Source of the DNA: Euryarchaeota archaeon SCGC AAA252-I15
Lineage (GTDB): Archaea > Altiarchaeota > Altiarchaeia > IMC4 > SCGC-AAA252-I15
Assembly: GCA_000402775.1 (NCBI GenBank)
Contig: AQSC01000059.1
Coordinates: forward strand, 4,257-68,256
DNA: 64,000 nucleotides
Direction: 5' to 3'
Part shown: positions 39,704 to 48,538 of the stretch, one piece after another
Position numbering within the stretch: the first letter of the stretch is position 1
Layout of the letters: each line of letters begins with the position of its first letter
Notes under the pieces: model-generated
The model's input: the letters and a program-made list of their open reading frames with translations, nothing else
Databases searched by the model: none
Told to the model about the DNA's origin: nothing
Position numbers and translations under genes: made by a program

Positions 39704-40054
39704 ATGGATTGCACATTCTGCAGTAAAAAAATCGAGAAGGGAACAGGCCTAATACACATAAACCGGGCGGGAAAAGCCCTAAACTTCTGCTCCTCAAAAT
39801 GCAGGAGAAACCAGCTAGACCTAAAAAGAAAACCCCGGAAAGTCAAGTGGACTAAAACCTACCGGGAAGAAAAAGAAATCAGGGTGCGCGCTCAAACTCC
39901 AGTTAAAGAGACTCAAACACCAGTTAAAGAGACTCAGACTACAGTGAAAGAGAAAAAAGAGGAGACTCCAAAACCAATAAAAACCGAGAAAAAGAAGAAC
40001 AAGCCAACTCCAGTGAAAAAGGCTTCCGAAAAGAAACCGAAACCTAAAAAATGA
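39704..40054 (+). CDS. rpl24e: 50S ribosomal protein L24e with Lys-rich repeat tail
   Basis: MDCTFCSKKIEKGTGLIHINRAGKALNFCSSKCRRN, then TPVKETQ x3 and KKxKP repeats. Confidence 0.9.
   Translation: MDCTFCSKKIEKGTGLIHINRAGKALNFCSSKCRRNQLDLKRKPRKVKWTKTYREEKEIRVRAQTPVKETQTPVKETQTTVKEKKEETPKPIKTEKKKNKPTPVKKASEKKPKPKK
39893..39955 (+). repeat. Three tandem 21-nt repeats inside the L24e tail
   Basis: actccagttaaagagactcaa / acaccagttaaagagactcag / actacagtgaaagagaaaaaa. Confidence 0.8.
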
Positions 40055-40497
40055 ACACCTTGATAATCATTAAACCCTGGGCAGTTCAAAGAGGATTGGT
40101 TGGTGAAATACTCGCAAGATTCGAAAGACACGGGATTAGGATTGCCGCAGTAAAAGCAGTACTCTTGTCAAAAGATAAAGCTGAAAAACTATACGCAGTA
40201 CACGAAGGCAAACCCTTCTTCAAAGATGTGGTCGGACACATGACATCAACCCCCATCGTGGCCGCCGTCCTTGAAACCGACATGCTTGATGATGAAGCCG
40301 CGGTCGCATTAGTCAGGAAAATCGTGGGCGTGACAGACCCCACGAAAGCCGAGATGGGCACCATCCGAGGAGACTTTGGAATGAGAAAAGACCGCAATAT
40401 AATCCATGCGTCCGACTCGCCCGAATCCGCTGAATACGAAATACCACTATTCTTCACTAAAAATGATATAGTATCCTATGTAAAACAGGTGATTTAA
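40051..40497 (+). CDS. ndk: Nucleoside diphosphate kinase
   Basis: LIIIKPWAVQRGLVGEILARFERHG...GTIRGDFG...NIIHASDS. Confidence 0.9.
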   Translation: MNTLIIIKPWAVQRGLVGEILARFERHGIRIAAVKAVLLSKDKAEKLYAVHEGKPFFKDVVGHMTSTPIVAAVLETDMLDDEAAVALVRKIVGVTDPTKAEMGTIRGDFGMRKDRNIIHASDSPESAEYEIPLFFTKNDIVSYVKQVI

Positions 40498-40501
40498 CAA
40501 T

Positions 40502-40936
40502 ATGACAACAGCATTTGAGATAAAACCAGACAAACTGATAAAGGCAGTAGCCATTGATCTGAAAGACAACGTGAAAATTCCAAAACCTGATTGGTCAGAC
40601 ACAGTCAAAACAGGCTCCAACAAGGAAAGAGCTCCAGACGACCCCAACTGGTGGTGGATGCGCACTGCATCAATACTCCGGAAAATATATATTGGAGGGC
40701 CAGTGGGTGCAAGCAAACTCCGAGTAGAGTATGGTAGTGCGAAAAATCGAGGTAGAAGACCAGAACAATTCCGCAAGGCAGGAGGCAAAGTCATCCGCAC
40801 GATACTGCAGCAGCTCGATGAGGCAGGATTCACCGAAAAAGACACAAACAAATTCCGCGGGAGGAAACTCACACCAAAGGGGTGCTCATACCTTGATAAA
40901 ATAGCCTCGAAGCTCGAAAAAACCGACAATGTCTGA
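40502..40936 (+). CDS. rps19e: 30S ribosomal protein S19e
   Basis: PDWSDTVKTGSNKERAPDDPNWWWMRTASILRKIY..GPVG...YG. Confidence 0.9.
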   Translation: MTTAFEIKPDKLIKAVAIDLKDNVKIPKPDWSDTVKTGSNKERAPDDPNWWWMRTASILRKIYIGGPVGASKLRVEYGSAKNRGRRPEQFRKAGGKVIRTILQQLDEAGFTEKDTNKFRGRKLTPKGCSYLDKIASKLEKTDNV

Positions 40937-41267
40937 GCTAGACGAACTTAGGGCAAAGCGCATGCAGGAACTTTTACAGTCTCAGGGTGCGCAGGATCCT
41001 CAACAGCAGATTCAGCATCAGATGCAGCAGCAGGAGGTTGAACGTCAAATCCACCAGATTATCTCTCAAGTACTTTCTCCAGAGGCTCGTGAGAGGCTGG
41101 GAAATATTCGTGCTGCACGGTCGGAGCATGCGCGTCAGATAGAGGTTTTATTGATTCAACTCGCCCAATCCGGAAGGCTTCCCGCGAAAATTTCTGATGA
41201 TCAGTTCAAAGAGATTTTGGGGAAACTTAAAGGGCAGCAGAGGGATACTAAGATTTCTAGGAGATAA
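40929..41267 (+). CDS. PDCD5/TFAR19-like dsDNA-binding protein
   Basis: ELDELRAKRMQEL...ISQVLSPEARERLGNIRAARSEHARQIEVLLIQLAQSGRL...ISDDQFKEIL. Confidence 0.8.
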   Translation: MSELDELRAKRMQELLQSQGAQDPQQQIQHQMQQQEVERQIHQIISQVLSPEARERLGNIRAARSEHARQIEVLLIQLAQSGRLPAKISDDQFKEILGKLKGQQRDTKISRR

Positions 41268-41271
41268 TCTT

Positions 41272-42444
41272 TCAAATGTCTGCCAGTTCCTTGTCTAATT
41301 CGTCTGTGTCTATCTCGTCTGAGTCCTCTCCCCCTGGTTTATCCTCTTCTTCGAACTCGTAGCCTAACTCACCTAAAATGTCGTCCTCCCTCTTTTTCTC
41401 TGCATGGATTCCCCCACCTCTTCTGGCAACGACTAAGGCTGCGCCTAGTATGAAGAATCCGGCTAAAACAATAGCCCACTGGTTCCTTGTGAAAGGCCCG
41501 ATTTTCCCGCGTAAAATCTCCGCTAGTTGGCTTGAAACATCGTATAAATTGGAACTCAATACTGTTTTTTCCCTCTCAAGGTTTTCTATTTGCGATTCAA
41601 GTCCGCCTCTGTCGTTTTCCATTCGAAGTTTTTCCAGTTTAAGCTGTCCTATCATGACCTGACACTCTTCATAGCTGAAGTTTCCTCTAACATCGGGTAC
41701 GGTGATGCTAAGCCAGTCTATTATGTTCTGGGCGAATACCATGTTGTCGTGTAGTTTGATGTTGGAGTCGATTAGCATGTCAGAGTCTGAAAGACCGAAC
41801 ACTAGTCCTTTGCTGAACAGGGTGGCTGCCGCAACACAGGGGTAGCTTCCAGTCTGGAATGATTGTGTGTCCGAGTAAGTGTCGCTGTCTCCCGAAACAA
41901 TGCATTCTGCGTTTCCTGATATGAACATTCCGTGTCCATTGTAGAAACCCAGTTTCGAAATTCCCTTCCTGATAATCCTGGTTGTCTCACTTTCAGTGAA
42001 CCTGTCTATCACGAAGTTTTTGGAATCCATTTCAGGTATTGTGTCGGTTGCGTCGACGAGTACTCCGTCGTCCATTGTCATTCCGAATGGAATCATAAGT
42101 TGGTTCGAATCAGAGGGCTCTCCCCCTAAAATTAAGACGCCGCCGCCCTTAGTAGCAACAAACCATAGTATTGCGGATAATTCCTCAATTTTTAGTTGAG
42201 CGCTAGGTCTGATAATTAATAGGTCATATGTTGAAAGGGATTCTCTTGAAAGCCCTCCCTTGCTGATTGAGGCAATCTCGTATCCTTCAGCCCTGATTTT
42301 CCTTGCGAACTCGGATAATCCCCCATCCTTTGTATAAGTTCCGGGAGTGTTTATTTCATAGAAAATTATTTTTTTAACAGACTGTACACTAGAGGATAAA
42401 AGTACTATAACCAATAAAATCATTAAATTCTTCTTAAAATCCAT
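41272..42444 (-). CDS. Membrane-anchored DUF4350-like ectodomain protein with coiled coil, TM helix and acidic tail
   Basis: Signal/anchor MILLVIVLLSSSVQS. YDLLIIRPSAQLKIEELSAILWFVATKGGGVLILGG...DNMVFAQNIIDWLS. TM WAIVLAGFFILGAALVVA. Tail EEEDKPGGEDSDEIDTDELD. Confidence 0.7.
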   Translation of the reverse strand: MDFKKNLMILLVIVLLSSSVQSVKKIIFYEINTPGTYTKDGGLSEFARKIRAEGYEIASISKGGLSRESLSTYDLLIIRPSAQLKIEELSAILWFVATKGGGVLILGGEPSDSNQLMIPFGMTMDDGVLVDATDTIPEMDSKNFVIDRFTESETTRIIRKGISKLGFYNGHGMFISGNAECIVSGDSDTYSDTQSFQTGSYPCVAAATLFSKGLVFGLSDSDMLIDSNIKLHDNMVFAQNIIDWLSITVPDVRGNFSYEECQVMIGQLKLEKLRMENDRGGLESQIENLEREKTVLSSNLYDVSSQLAEILRGKIGPFTRNQWAIVLAGFFILGAALVVARRGGGIHAEKKREDDILGELGYEFEEEDKPGGEDSDEIDTDELDKELADI

Positions 42445-42485
42445 CTACGTCAACTAAATATTACTTTAATAAATTAAAAAATCCG

Positions 42486-43760
42486 TCATTTACTCAATAA
42501 CTCTCTCGCCCTTTGTTTCCAGATTCCAATCCTCTCCTCGGAAATCCCAGTATTTTCGACCATCCAATCAATATCCACCTCAACGAGTTTTTCAAGAGAG
42601 TCGACTCCACCGTATCTCAGCCTGTCTTGGGCGACCCTCCCTATACCTTCAATGTCTGTTAACGAGTATTCCATCTTAGATTTTTGAACGGTTTTTGGAG
42701 TTAGATCATCCTCGTCTCCTCCACTCCTCCTCAAAACTCTTATGTAGAGGAAAAAGATTGCGAATACAACACCGAAGACTAGTGCGAAAATGATTGCGAA
42801 AATTGTTGTTGAGCTAAATTCACCCGAATCTTGAGTTTCTTCTTCTTCCATGCCAACAATTACCTTAAGGCTTGTTGATGTGGATGATGTTGACGTTTTT
42901 TCGACCGATGTTGTGGCGGGCTTAAGGCTGCTTGAGCTTGATTCTTCCACATCAATTGTCGTGGATTTGGATTGGGGTGTTGTGGTTGTTGAAGTCGTTT
43001 GAACTGAGGTTGTTGAAGTCTCGACAATCTCGGAACCCAAAAGTATCTCACCGTCATAAGCCTTAATCTCATTAGCCTTCTCAATCAAACCGTCTAGAAT
43101 GCTCGCAATCTTTGTGTCCGTCACTATGAAATCCTGTTTATGGGAAACCTTCTTGCTCTGGCCGGCCCGAGGCTCCCAATACTCGTAAACACACTTGTTT
43201 CTGACACTCCAATCACCATTCGTCCAAATCACCTCATCAACCTTCGACTTGAAGTATTCAGCACACTGCTCATTTTCTATTGTTATCTGGTACGGTTGGA
43301 AAAATCTTTTTGAATAATAGTCTGCCCCAATGCAAAAGGCGTAAAGTCTAGTACACTCTCCTGCAAGGTTCCTAGATTTCGTAAACCAGTTTTCAGCCTG
43401 AACTTTCGCAGGAGCAGCGTCTTTACTCCCACACAAGTATCCTCCTGCAAGCCCCCTCACCGGACATTGGGAATAGTCGTGGTGCTTTGAATCATCCTGA
43501 AATACATCGTCTACCACGCTCCAAGGCATGACGGTGAGGTCTTCACACAAATCCTTGTAACCACCGTCTAGGAGTGAGCACATCTCCTCGATTCTAGTGC
43601 TTACAAAACACTTGGCGTAGGTATCTTCCCCGAAAGCTTGTGACACGGCTTGCCTGCAAAAGTATTCACGAGTATCCGGCCCCCACGCTGAGGATGTGGT
43701 GGTAAAAAGAATAATTACTATCAAACAAAAGGATTTTTTCACGCAACTCATGGTTATCAA
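42486..43760 (-). CDS. Membrane protein: Cys-rich ectodomain, Ser/Thr linker, TM helix, cytoplasmic helix-hairpin-helix (DUF4332-like) domain
   Basis: Signal peptide FCLIVIILFTTTSSAWG. Multiple Cys. TSTTTTPQSKSTT linker. TM IFAIIFALVFGVVFAIFFLYI. C-terminal LTDIEGIGRVAQDRLRYGGVDSLEKLVEVD. Confidence 0.7.
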   Translation of the reverse strand: MITMSCVKKSFCLIVIILFTTTSSAWGPDTREYFCRQAVSQAFGEDTYAKCFVSTRIEEMCSLLDGGYKDLCEDLTVMPWSVVDDVFQDDSKHHDYSQCPVRGLAGGYLCGSKDAAPAKVQAENWFTKSRNLAGECTRLYAFCIGADYYSKRFFQPYQITIENEQCAEYFKSKVDEVIWTNGDWSVRNKCVYEYWEPRAGQSKKVSHKQDFIVTDTKIASILDGLIEKANEIKAYDGEILLGSEIVETSTTSVQTTSTTTTPQSKSTTIDVEESSSSSLKPATTSVEKTSTSSTSTSLKVIVGMEEEETQDSGEFSSTTIFAIIFALVFGVVFAIFFLYIRVLRRSGGDEDDLTPKTVQKSKMEYSLTDIEGIGRVAQDRLRYGGVDSLEKLVEVDIDWMVENTGISEERIGIWKQRARELLSK

Positions 43761-43782
43761 TTTACTCGGAAGGAAAAATAAA

Positions 43783-44712
43783 CTAATTTAAGTTAATCTC
43801 ACCCCTTAAACTATGCTTTGCGAAGTTTTCACCGACAACATTCTTGTAGGAGATTTCAACTCCAATCCGACGATAATCCGAATCGACCACAGTCATGGGA
43901 GGACAACCCTTAAATTCCACTATAAAAGATTTAGCCCCCTGAGAAATCTCAACTCCCACATCAGTTAAATTCTCACCACTCACCATAACGTCGCCTGAAC
44001 ATTTACGTGAATTCTCAGCATTAAAAGCCTGGGCGGATACTAAAACCATCTTCAAGTTCGGTTTAATAAACTCAATATGAATATCTCCTGAAGGGGAAAC
44101 AGTAGTTCCGGGCAAAGGCTTGACCGCTCCAAAACCCACAAGTGTCTCCCGTCCACTGAACATCCTTACTGCGAATTTTCTGGCAGAAGAAAGCATATTC
44201 TCCTTGTCCGGCTTTTCAAAAGGTTTTTTAACGAAATCCAATACCATCTCCGTAAAATGCAAGTCAACCTCCAACACACAAGTCACGTAAAAAAATATCA
44301 AGAAAAAAACAGCTATAACAGACACGACTGCGTGTTTTCTAAGCACCACAACCTTTGGTTTATCAACCACATCCAAACTGTCAATATTGTTTTTACCCGC
44401 CTTCAAAGCAGTCAACTCGCGAGTAAACTCGGCTAGAGCCTCCTGAAGTCCAACATGCTCGTCATGGTATGCGGTTTCATCCACATTACCTTCAGAGAAT
44501 TCTTCTTCAAGATTGTGCAACCTGAAAGTCTCAGACTCCTTCTGTTTTTCAATGTTTTTAATCTTTGAGTCGAGGAGTTTGTTCAATTCGGAAGAGATCT
44601 TTTTCTTCCCATCGTAATACTCCTGCTTGCTGATTACTTTCGCGCTCCCCCCTCTTTTCAATGACTCATATTCAGCGAGCTTCTTCTTAATCTTTTCATC
44701 CAGAAAATCCAT
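43783..44712 (-). CDS. Coiled-coil / single-TM / beta-rich ectodomain protein
   Basis: N-terminal heptad-rich 130 aa. TM AVVSVIAVFFLIFFYVTCVL. No family recognised. Confidence 0.6.
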   Translation of the reverse strand: MDFLDEKIKKKLAEYESLKRGGSAKVISKQEYYDGKKKISSELNKLLDSKIKNIEKQKESETFRLHNLEEEFSEGNVDETAYHDEHVGLQEALAEFTRELTALKAGKNNIDSLDVVDKPKVVVLRKHAVVSVIAVFFLIFFYVTCVLEVDLHFTEMVLDFVKKPFEKPDKENMLSSARKFAVRMFSGRETLVGFGAVKPLPGTTVSPSGDIHIEFIKPNLKMVLVSAQAFNAENSRKCSGDVMVSGENLTDVGVEISQGAKSFIVEFKGCPPMTVVDSDYRRIGVEISYKNVVGENFAKHSLRGEINLN

Positions 44713-44716
44713 TGTC

Positions 44717-45910
44717 TTAAAGTATTGAAAGGGTGAAACCTGCGATACTCATCAAGATTATTAGTGGTGCAAGCATTATATAGACTCTTCTAACGTCTGC
44801 CTTAAAGTATTCCCGAGTCAAGACCAGGCACAGGTGTACTGGCGATAGAAAAAGTCCCATAAGGCCTCCGCAGTAGGCAAGAAGGGCGGCGTCAAGACTT
44901 GATAGAAATGGAAGGATTATGGGGAAGCTTATCCCCACCATCGCCCAACTGTATCCCGTCAATAATCCGACAATAAATGGGATGGAAAAAATTATGACTG
45001 GAATCGGGATGGAAAGTTCGGTGAATATTTGGGGGAGGTTCACTGCTGCTTGAGACGTCTCAACCATTGACTTGAATATCATGGCGGAAAAGACGAGGAT
45101 GATAAGTCTGGTAGCATTAACTTGATTGAACATTTTTAATGCATCAACTAATTTAACCTTCCTTGAAGCTGCGAAAAATGTTATCGTAACTATGAGGGAG
45201 GCTAAAAGGTTTACCTTAAAGAGGAGGGCTAATATTATTACTAAGGCTACCGGCCACACATCTTTTATCAAAACAACCCCGTTTTCAAAAAAACTTTTTT
45301 CTACAACTAGATAGCCCTTACCTCTAATTCTCGTGCAAATTAAAAGAAAACCAACGACTACTGCAATAATCGTCAAAGGAAACTGATTCACGCAAATCTC
45401 GGAATACGGGACCTCAAGGATTGCGGCTGCTAAGATAATTGCGGGATACAAAGGAAAGCTAAACTCCCAAATATGCCTAAACCAGTAGTTTACGACAGTC
45501 TTCTGTTCAGGTGAAATACCTACTTTGTCTCCCAACTCCCCGACGAAAGGAGCCGAAACCATAGCTCCCGCAGGCATTGGCAAAAGCCCGATAAACGCGG
45601 GAATCCCCATTAAAGCAACTCTCGCATCACCAAACAAACCATTTAATGAATCCACAATATTAGATAAACTTTCGACATGCTTCATCAAGACTCCTAAAAA
45701 AGTAATCAAAACAACAATTAAAGCAAGCTCGACAGTATCAGCATCCAAGAAAGCACGGAAGGAAACCTGAAGTATCTCAGCCAAACCCAAGCCAAAAATC
45801 AACCCCAAAAAAACTGCACTGGAAAAAATCGTGTACTCGACCCTAACATTTTTGTAAATTAAGAAGACCGCGACTGCCAGGACCAAAAAAATCTTTAAAA
45901 GCTCAATCAT
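44717..45910 (-). CDS. Polytopic membrane protein (DUF401/permease-like)
   Basis: About 10-12 hydrophobic helices throughout the 397 aa. 4-nt spacing to the downstream gene. Confidence 0.65.
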   Translation of the reverse strand: MIELLKIFLVLAVAVFLIYKNVRVEYTIFSSAVFLGLIFGLGLAEILQVSFRAFLDADTVELALIVVLITFLGVLMKHVESLSNIVDSLNGLFGDARVALMGIPAFIGLLPMPAGAMVSAPFVGELGDKVGISPEQKTVVNYWFRHIWEFSFPLYPAIILAAAILEVPYSEICVNQFPLTIIAVVVGFLLICTRIRGKGYLVVEKSFFENGVVLIKDVWPVALVIILALLFKVNLLASLIVTITFFAASRKVKLVDALKMFNQVNATRLIILVFSAMIFKSMVETSQAAVNLPQIFTELSIPIPVIIFSIPFIVGLLTGYSWAMVGISFPIILPFLSSLDAALLAYCGGLMGLFLSPVHLCLVLTREYFKADVRRVYIMLAPLIILMSIAGFTLSIL

Positions 45911-45916
45911 ATTCCC

Positions 45917-46759
45917 TCAGCTACCCCCAACATCCTCGAAAAACTCGGGAGGAAGGCGCCGGACCAATGCGAAAAAACGACACTTGTTCCTAAGCTCCTC
46001 TTCCGTTTCAGGCTTAATCCTCCTAGATTGCGCATCCGCCTCCAATATTCCCATCGGGGCTGCTTCAACATAATCCTGCTGGCCCACAACGACCTCACCC
46101 TCAATCCGTGAAGCCGCTCGAATCCTCTCTGCTTCCAGCCTGAGGCGGCCTGCCTCTCCCGGCCGGGAACCATACACCTCAACGAGAAAATCACCGCTAT
46201 TATCGAATTTAACTCGAAGGTCGCTTTCATTCTCCACAAGCAGGTTGAGATCATCCAACACGTCAGTTTGAAGCATCCTCCTCTTGGAAGAGACGAGCAG
46301 GTTGAAGGCCTTTCGGAGTTCGGGCATGGTTTTCGGGTCGGGAGCTTGTCCCAGAATTTTCTCAACTTGATGCGCTGGGGGATCTCGTAGATGGCATAAG
46401 AAATCGTATGTGTCAGAGAGGGTTACACTTGTATCGTCCGGTTTCTCACCTGCCGCGGTTGAGACGGGACGACCCTCAAGCCAGGCAACAGCCCTCGCAT
46501 ACTGGGCGCACTGCTGAATCTTGTCGGCGTCTCTTCCAAAAACCGTGAGGTGGAATAAATCCCTCGCAGGCCTGCCTGGGATAGTGGGCTCCCCGCTTTT
46601 ACCTCGATGGCTTTTTGCAAAGTCAAGCTCTTTTTCTACATGCATGTTGCCAAATTTTGTTAGTAAGTAAAGGATGTATGGGTCATCGATTAGAGTGCTT
46701 TGAGCTTGGGTAATTTCCCGGACTGCTTTGTGTTCAGGAATGTTTTCTTGTTTTTGCAT
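45917..46759 (-). CDS. Hypothetical cytosolic protein (280 aa), first gene of the envelope operon
   Basis: Long ATG ORF with locally elevated GC. No motif recognised. Confidence 0.55.
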   Translation of the reverse strand: MQKQENIPEHKAVREITQAQSTLIDDPYILYLLTKFGNMHVEKELDFAKSHRGKSGEPTIPGRPARDLFHLTVFGRDADKIQQCAQYARAVAWLEGRPVSTAAGEKPDDTSVTLSDTYDFLCHLRDPPAHQVEKILGQAPDPKTMPELRKAFNLLVSSKRRMLQTDVLDDLNLLVENESDLRVKFDNSGDFLVEVYGSRPGEAGRLRLEAERIRAASRIEGEVVVGQQDYVEAAPMGILEADAQSRRIKPETEEELRNKCRFFALVRRLPPEFFEDVGGS

Positions 46760-46962
46760 GTTAATTTATCGCGTAAATGCCTTGAAAAAGTCGTATGTTT
46801 TTATATAGTAAACTCTAATAATACATGTTCATAATTGTTTGCCATAAGGTAAACAAAGTACAAGATTATCGATGGGTGGTTGGTAATTGTGGAAAATAAA
46901 TCATTGAGTGGGGAGCGAATTATTCCGGGTACTACTCCTTCAATTTATGGGGTGGTATCTTT

Positions 46963-47151
46963 ATGAAGTGTATTTTTTGTTGTTCCCTGCTGACACCTGG
47001 TGTGCGGCAAATCACGGATGGGGGGAGATTAACTTTGTGTGACGCCTGCTGTGACAAACTCGCTGAAAACGGATTTCTAAATTGTGTTGATGATAAAATC
47101 GAATTGCAAAAACCTTTAAAAGATATTCTGGTTGGCTACTCCTCCTTGTAA
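46963..47151 (+). CDS. Small Cys-rich (zinc-ribbon-like) protein
   Basis: MKCIFCCSLL...LTLCDACCDKL (CxxC...CxxC). GGGGTGGT SD upstream. Confidence 0.45.
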   Translation: MKCIFCCSLLTPGVRQITDGGRLTLCDACCDKLAENGFLNCVDDKIELQKPLKDILVGYSSL

Positions 47152-47573
47152 TTCAATCCCAAAAGCCAGATATCAACGTCTTTAACACCATCAACAGACA
47201 TAATCTTATCGTGTAGTTCTCTAATGTCTTGGTGGTTTCTAAACCTGCATTTAATCAATAAGTCGAATGTTCCGGCACTAATGTCCCATATGCCAAATAC
47301 GTTCTTATCTTTTTCGATCTTTCCGGTGAGATTCTTGATGGAATCATTCAGACAGATCACTCCGACGTAACCGTCAAGGTCGTAGCCTAGTTTCTCCCAA
47401 TCCAGTTCAGGTCGATAACCCTTAATGATTCCGTTTTTCTCTAAATTAGTTACTCTGAGATTTACTGTGCTACGGTGCTCCTTAAGCTCTGTTGCAAGTT
47501 CGGTGAGTCTGGGTCTTATACCGACACCTTTCTGCATTGTATCGAGAATTCGGTCATCAAGTTCGTCTGTCAT
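47136..47573 (-). CDS. lrp: Lrp/AsnC family transcriptional regulator
   Basis: LDDRILDTMQKG..RPRLTELATELKEHRSTVNLRVTNLEKNGIIKGY followed by a RAM-like domain. Start set at MTDELDD. Confidence 0.8.
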   Translation of the reverse strand: MTDELDDRILDTMQKGVGIRPRLTELATELKEHRSTVNLRVTNLEKNGIIKGYRPELDWEKLGYDLDGYVGVICLNDSIKNLTGKIEKDKNVFGIWDISAGTFDLLIKCRFRNHQDIRELHDKIMSVDGVKDVDIWLLGLNYKEE

Positions 47574-47693
47574 TTTGTCATAATAATATGTCATTAATAC
47601 TCTAAAAAAATGACACGGCATCTTGAAAAATAACATTGTTCTAAAAATATATTAAAATATCATATTTTGTTCATTACAACCTTCGCAAGGATA

Positions 47694-47802
47694 CTGCGAC
47701 CTTTAGGTCGCAGAGGAATTGCGTACTATTTTTCCCCACCTTGTGTTTTCCTCCTCTGTTTTTAATGTATTACCAAAGCGGCGCCCCCCCAAAGGGGGGC
47801 GC
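47694..47802 (+). promoter_or_regulatory. Two perfect GC-rich hairpins in the lrp/LTD-gene intergenic region
   Basis: CTGCGACC-TTTA-GGTCGCAG (47694-47713) and GCGCCCCCC-CAAA-GGGGGGCGC (47781-47802). Confidence 0.5.
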
Positions 47803-47904
47803 AAAAAAACGCTGTCCAGATACTCTGAACAGCTACCGTGGTTGGGGTGTATCAACCCACTACCCTTAGGTAAATACCCAAAGGTAAAGGAGGAAAAGAT
47901 AAAA

Positions 47905-48481
47905 ATGAATGCACTAAAAATAGTGATTACCGCAATGACCTTAATGGCATTAATCGGTCTAGTATCAGCAGGAAGCGGAAACAACGTTCCAACAAACGCC
48001 GACCTATCAGGCTGCTCAAACCCACCTTGGATCAAGGCTAAGTTCGAGCTAAACGACGACGGTGACGATTGGATTGAGCTATTCAACAATGAGGCAATAC
48101 AAAACGATATTGGCGACTGGATTCTGGCACATAAAAACGGGGCGTACACAGCCTACAAGATCCCGCAAGGAACGGTTATTAATGCGAAAAGTTTCCTAAT
48201 CTTCTACAGGAACAAGACTAGCATAAACCTGAATGAATCAGAAGGCGATATAATGCTCTATAACCCCGAGTGTAATACTTATGGGCTCGGTGAAATACAA
48301 TTCCACACACTTCAACAACACTTGGGCTCAGTTCCCAATAAACACCTCACTGTGGAGGAACGAGTCGGGACTATGGGGTATCCGAGGAAACCCCAACCTT
48401 GATCCAACAGGCCCACGGGAAACCTGCAAACTCCTATCCCTAACCAACGGATGGAACCTGGTCTCAATAACCTGTATTTGA
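47905..48481 (+). pseudogene. Secreted lamin-tail-domain protein, interrupted by a frameshift near 48280
   Basis: AAAGGAGG SD, then MNALKIVITAMTLMALIGLVSAGSG. DWIELFN...ILAHKNG...MLYNPECNTY in frame 1. SVKYNSTHFNNTWAQFPINTSLWRNESGLW...TNGWNLVSITCI in frame 2 (48281-48481). Confidence 0.7.
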
Positions 48482-48538
48482 ACAATAACAAGTCTATTTG
48501 AACGGCTACTTATCTTTCTTTGATACCAAAGTACTAGT

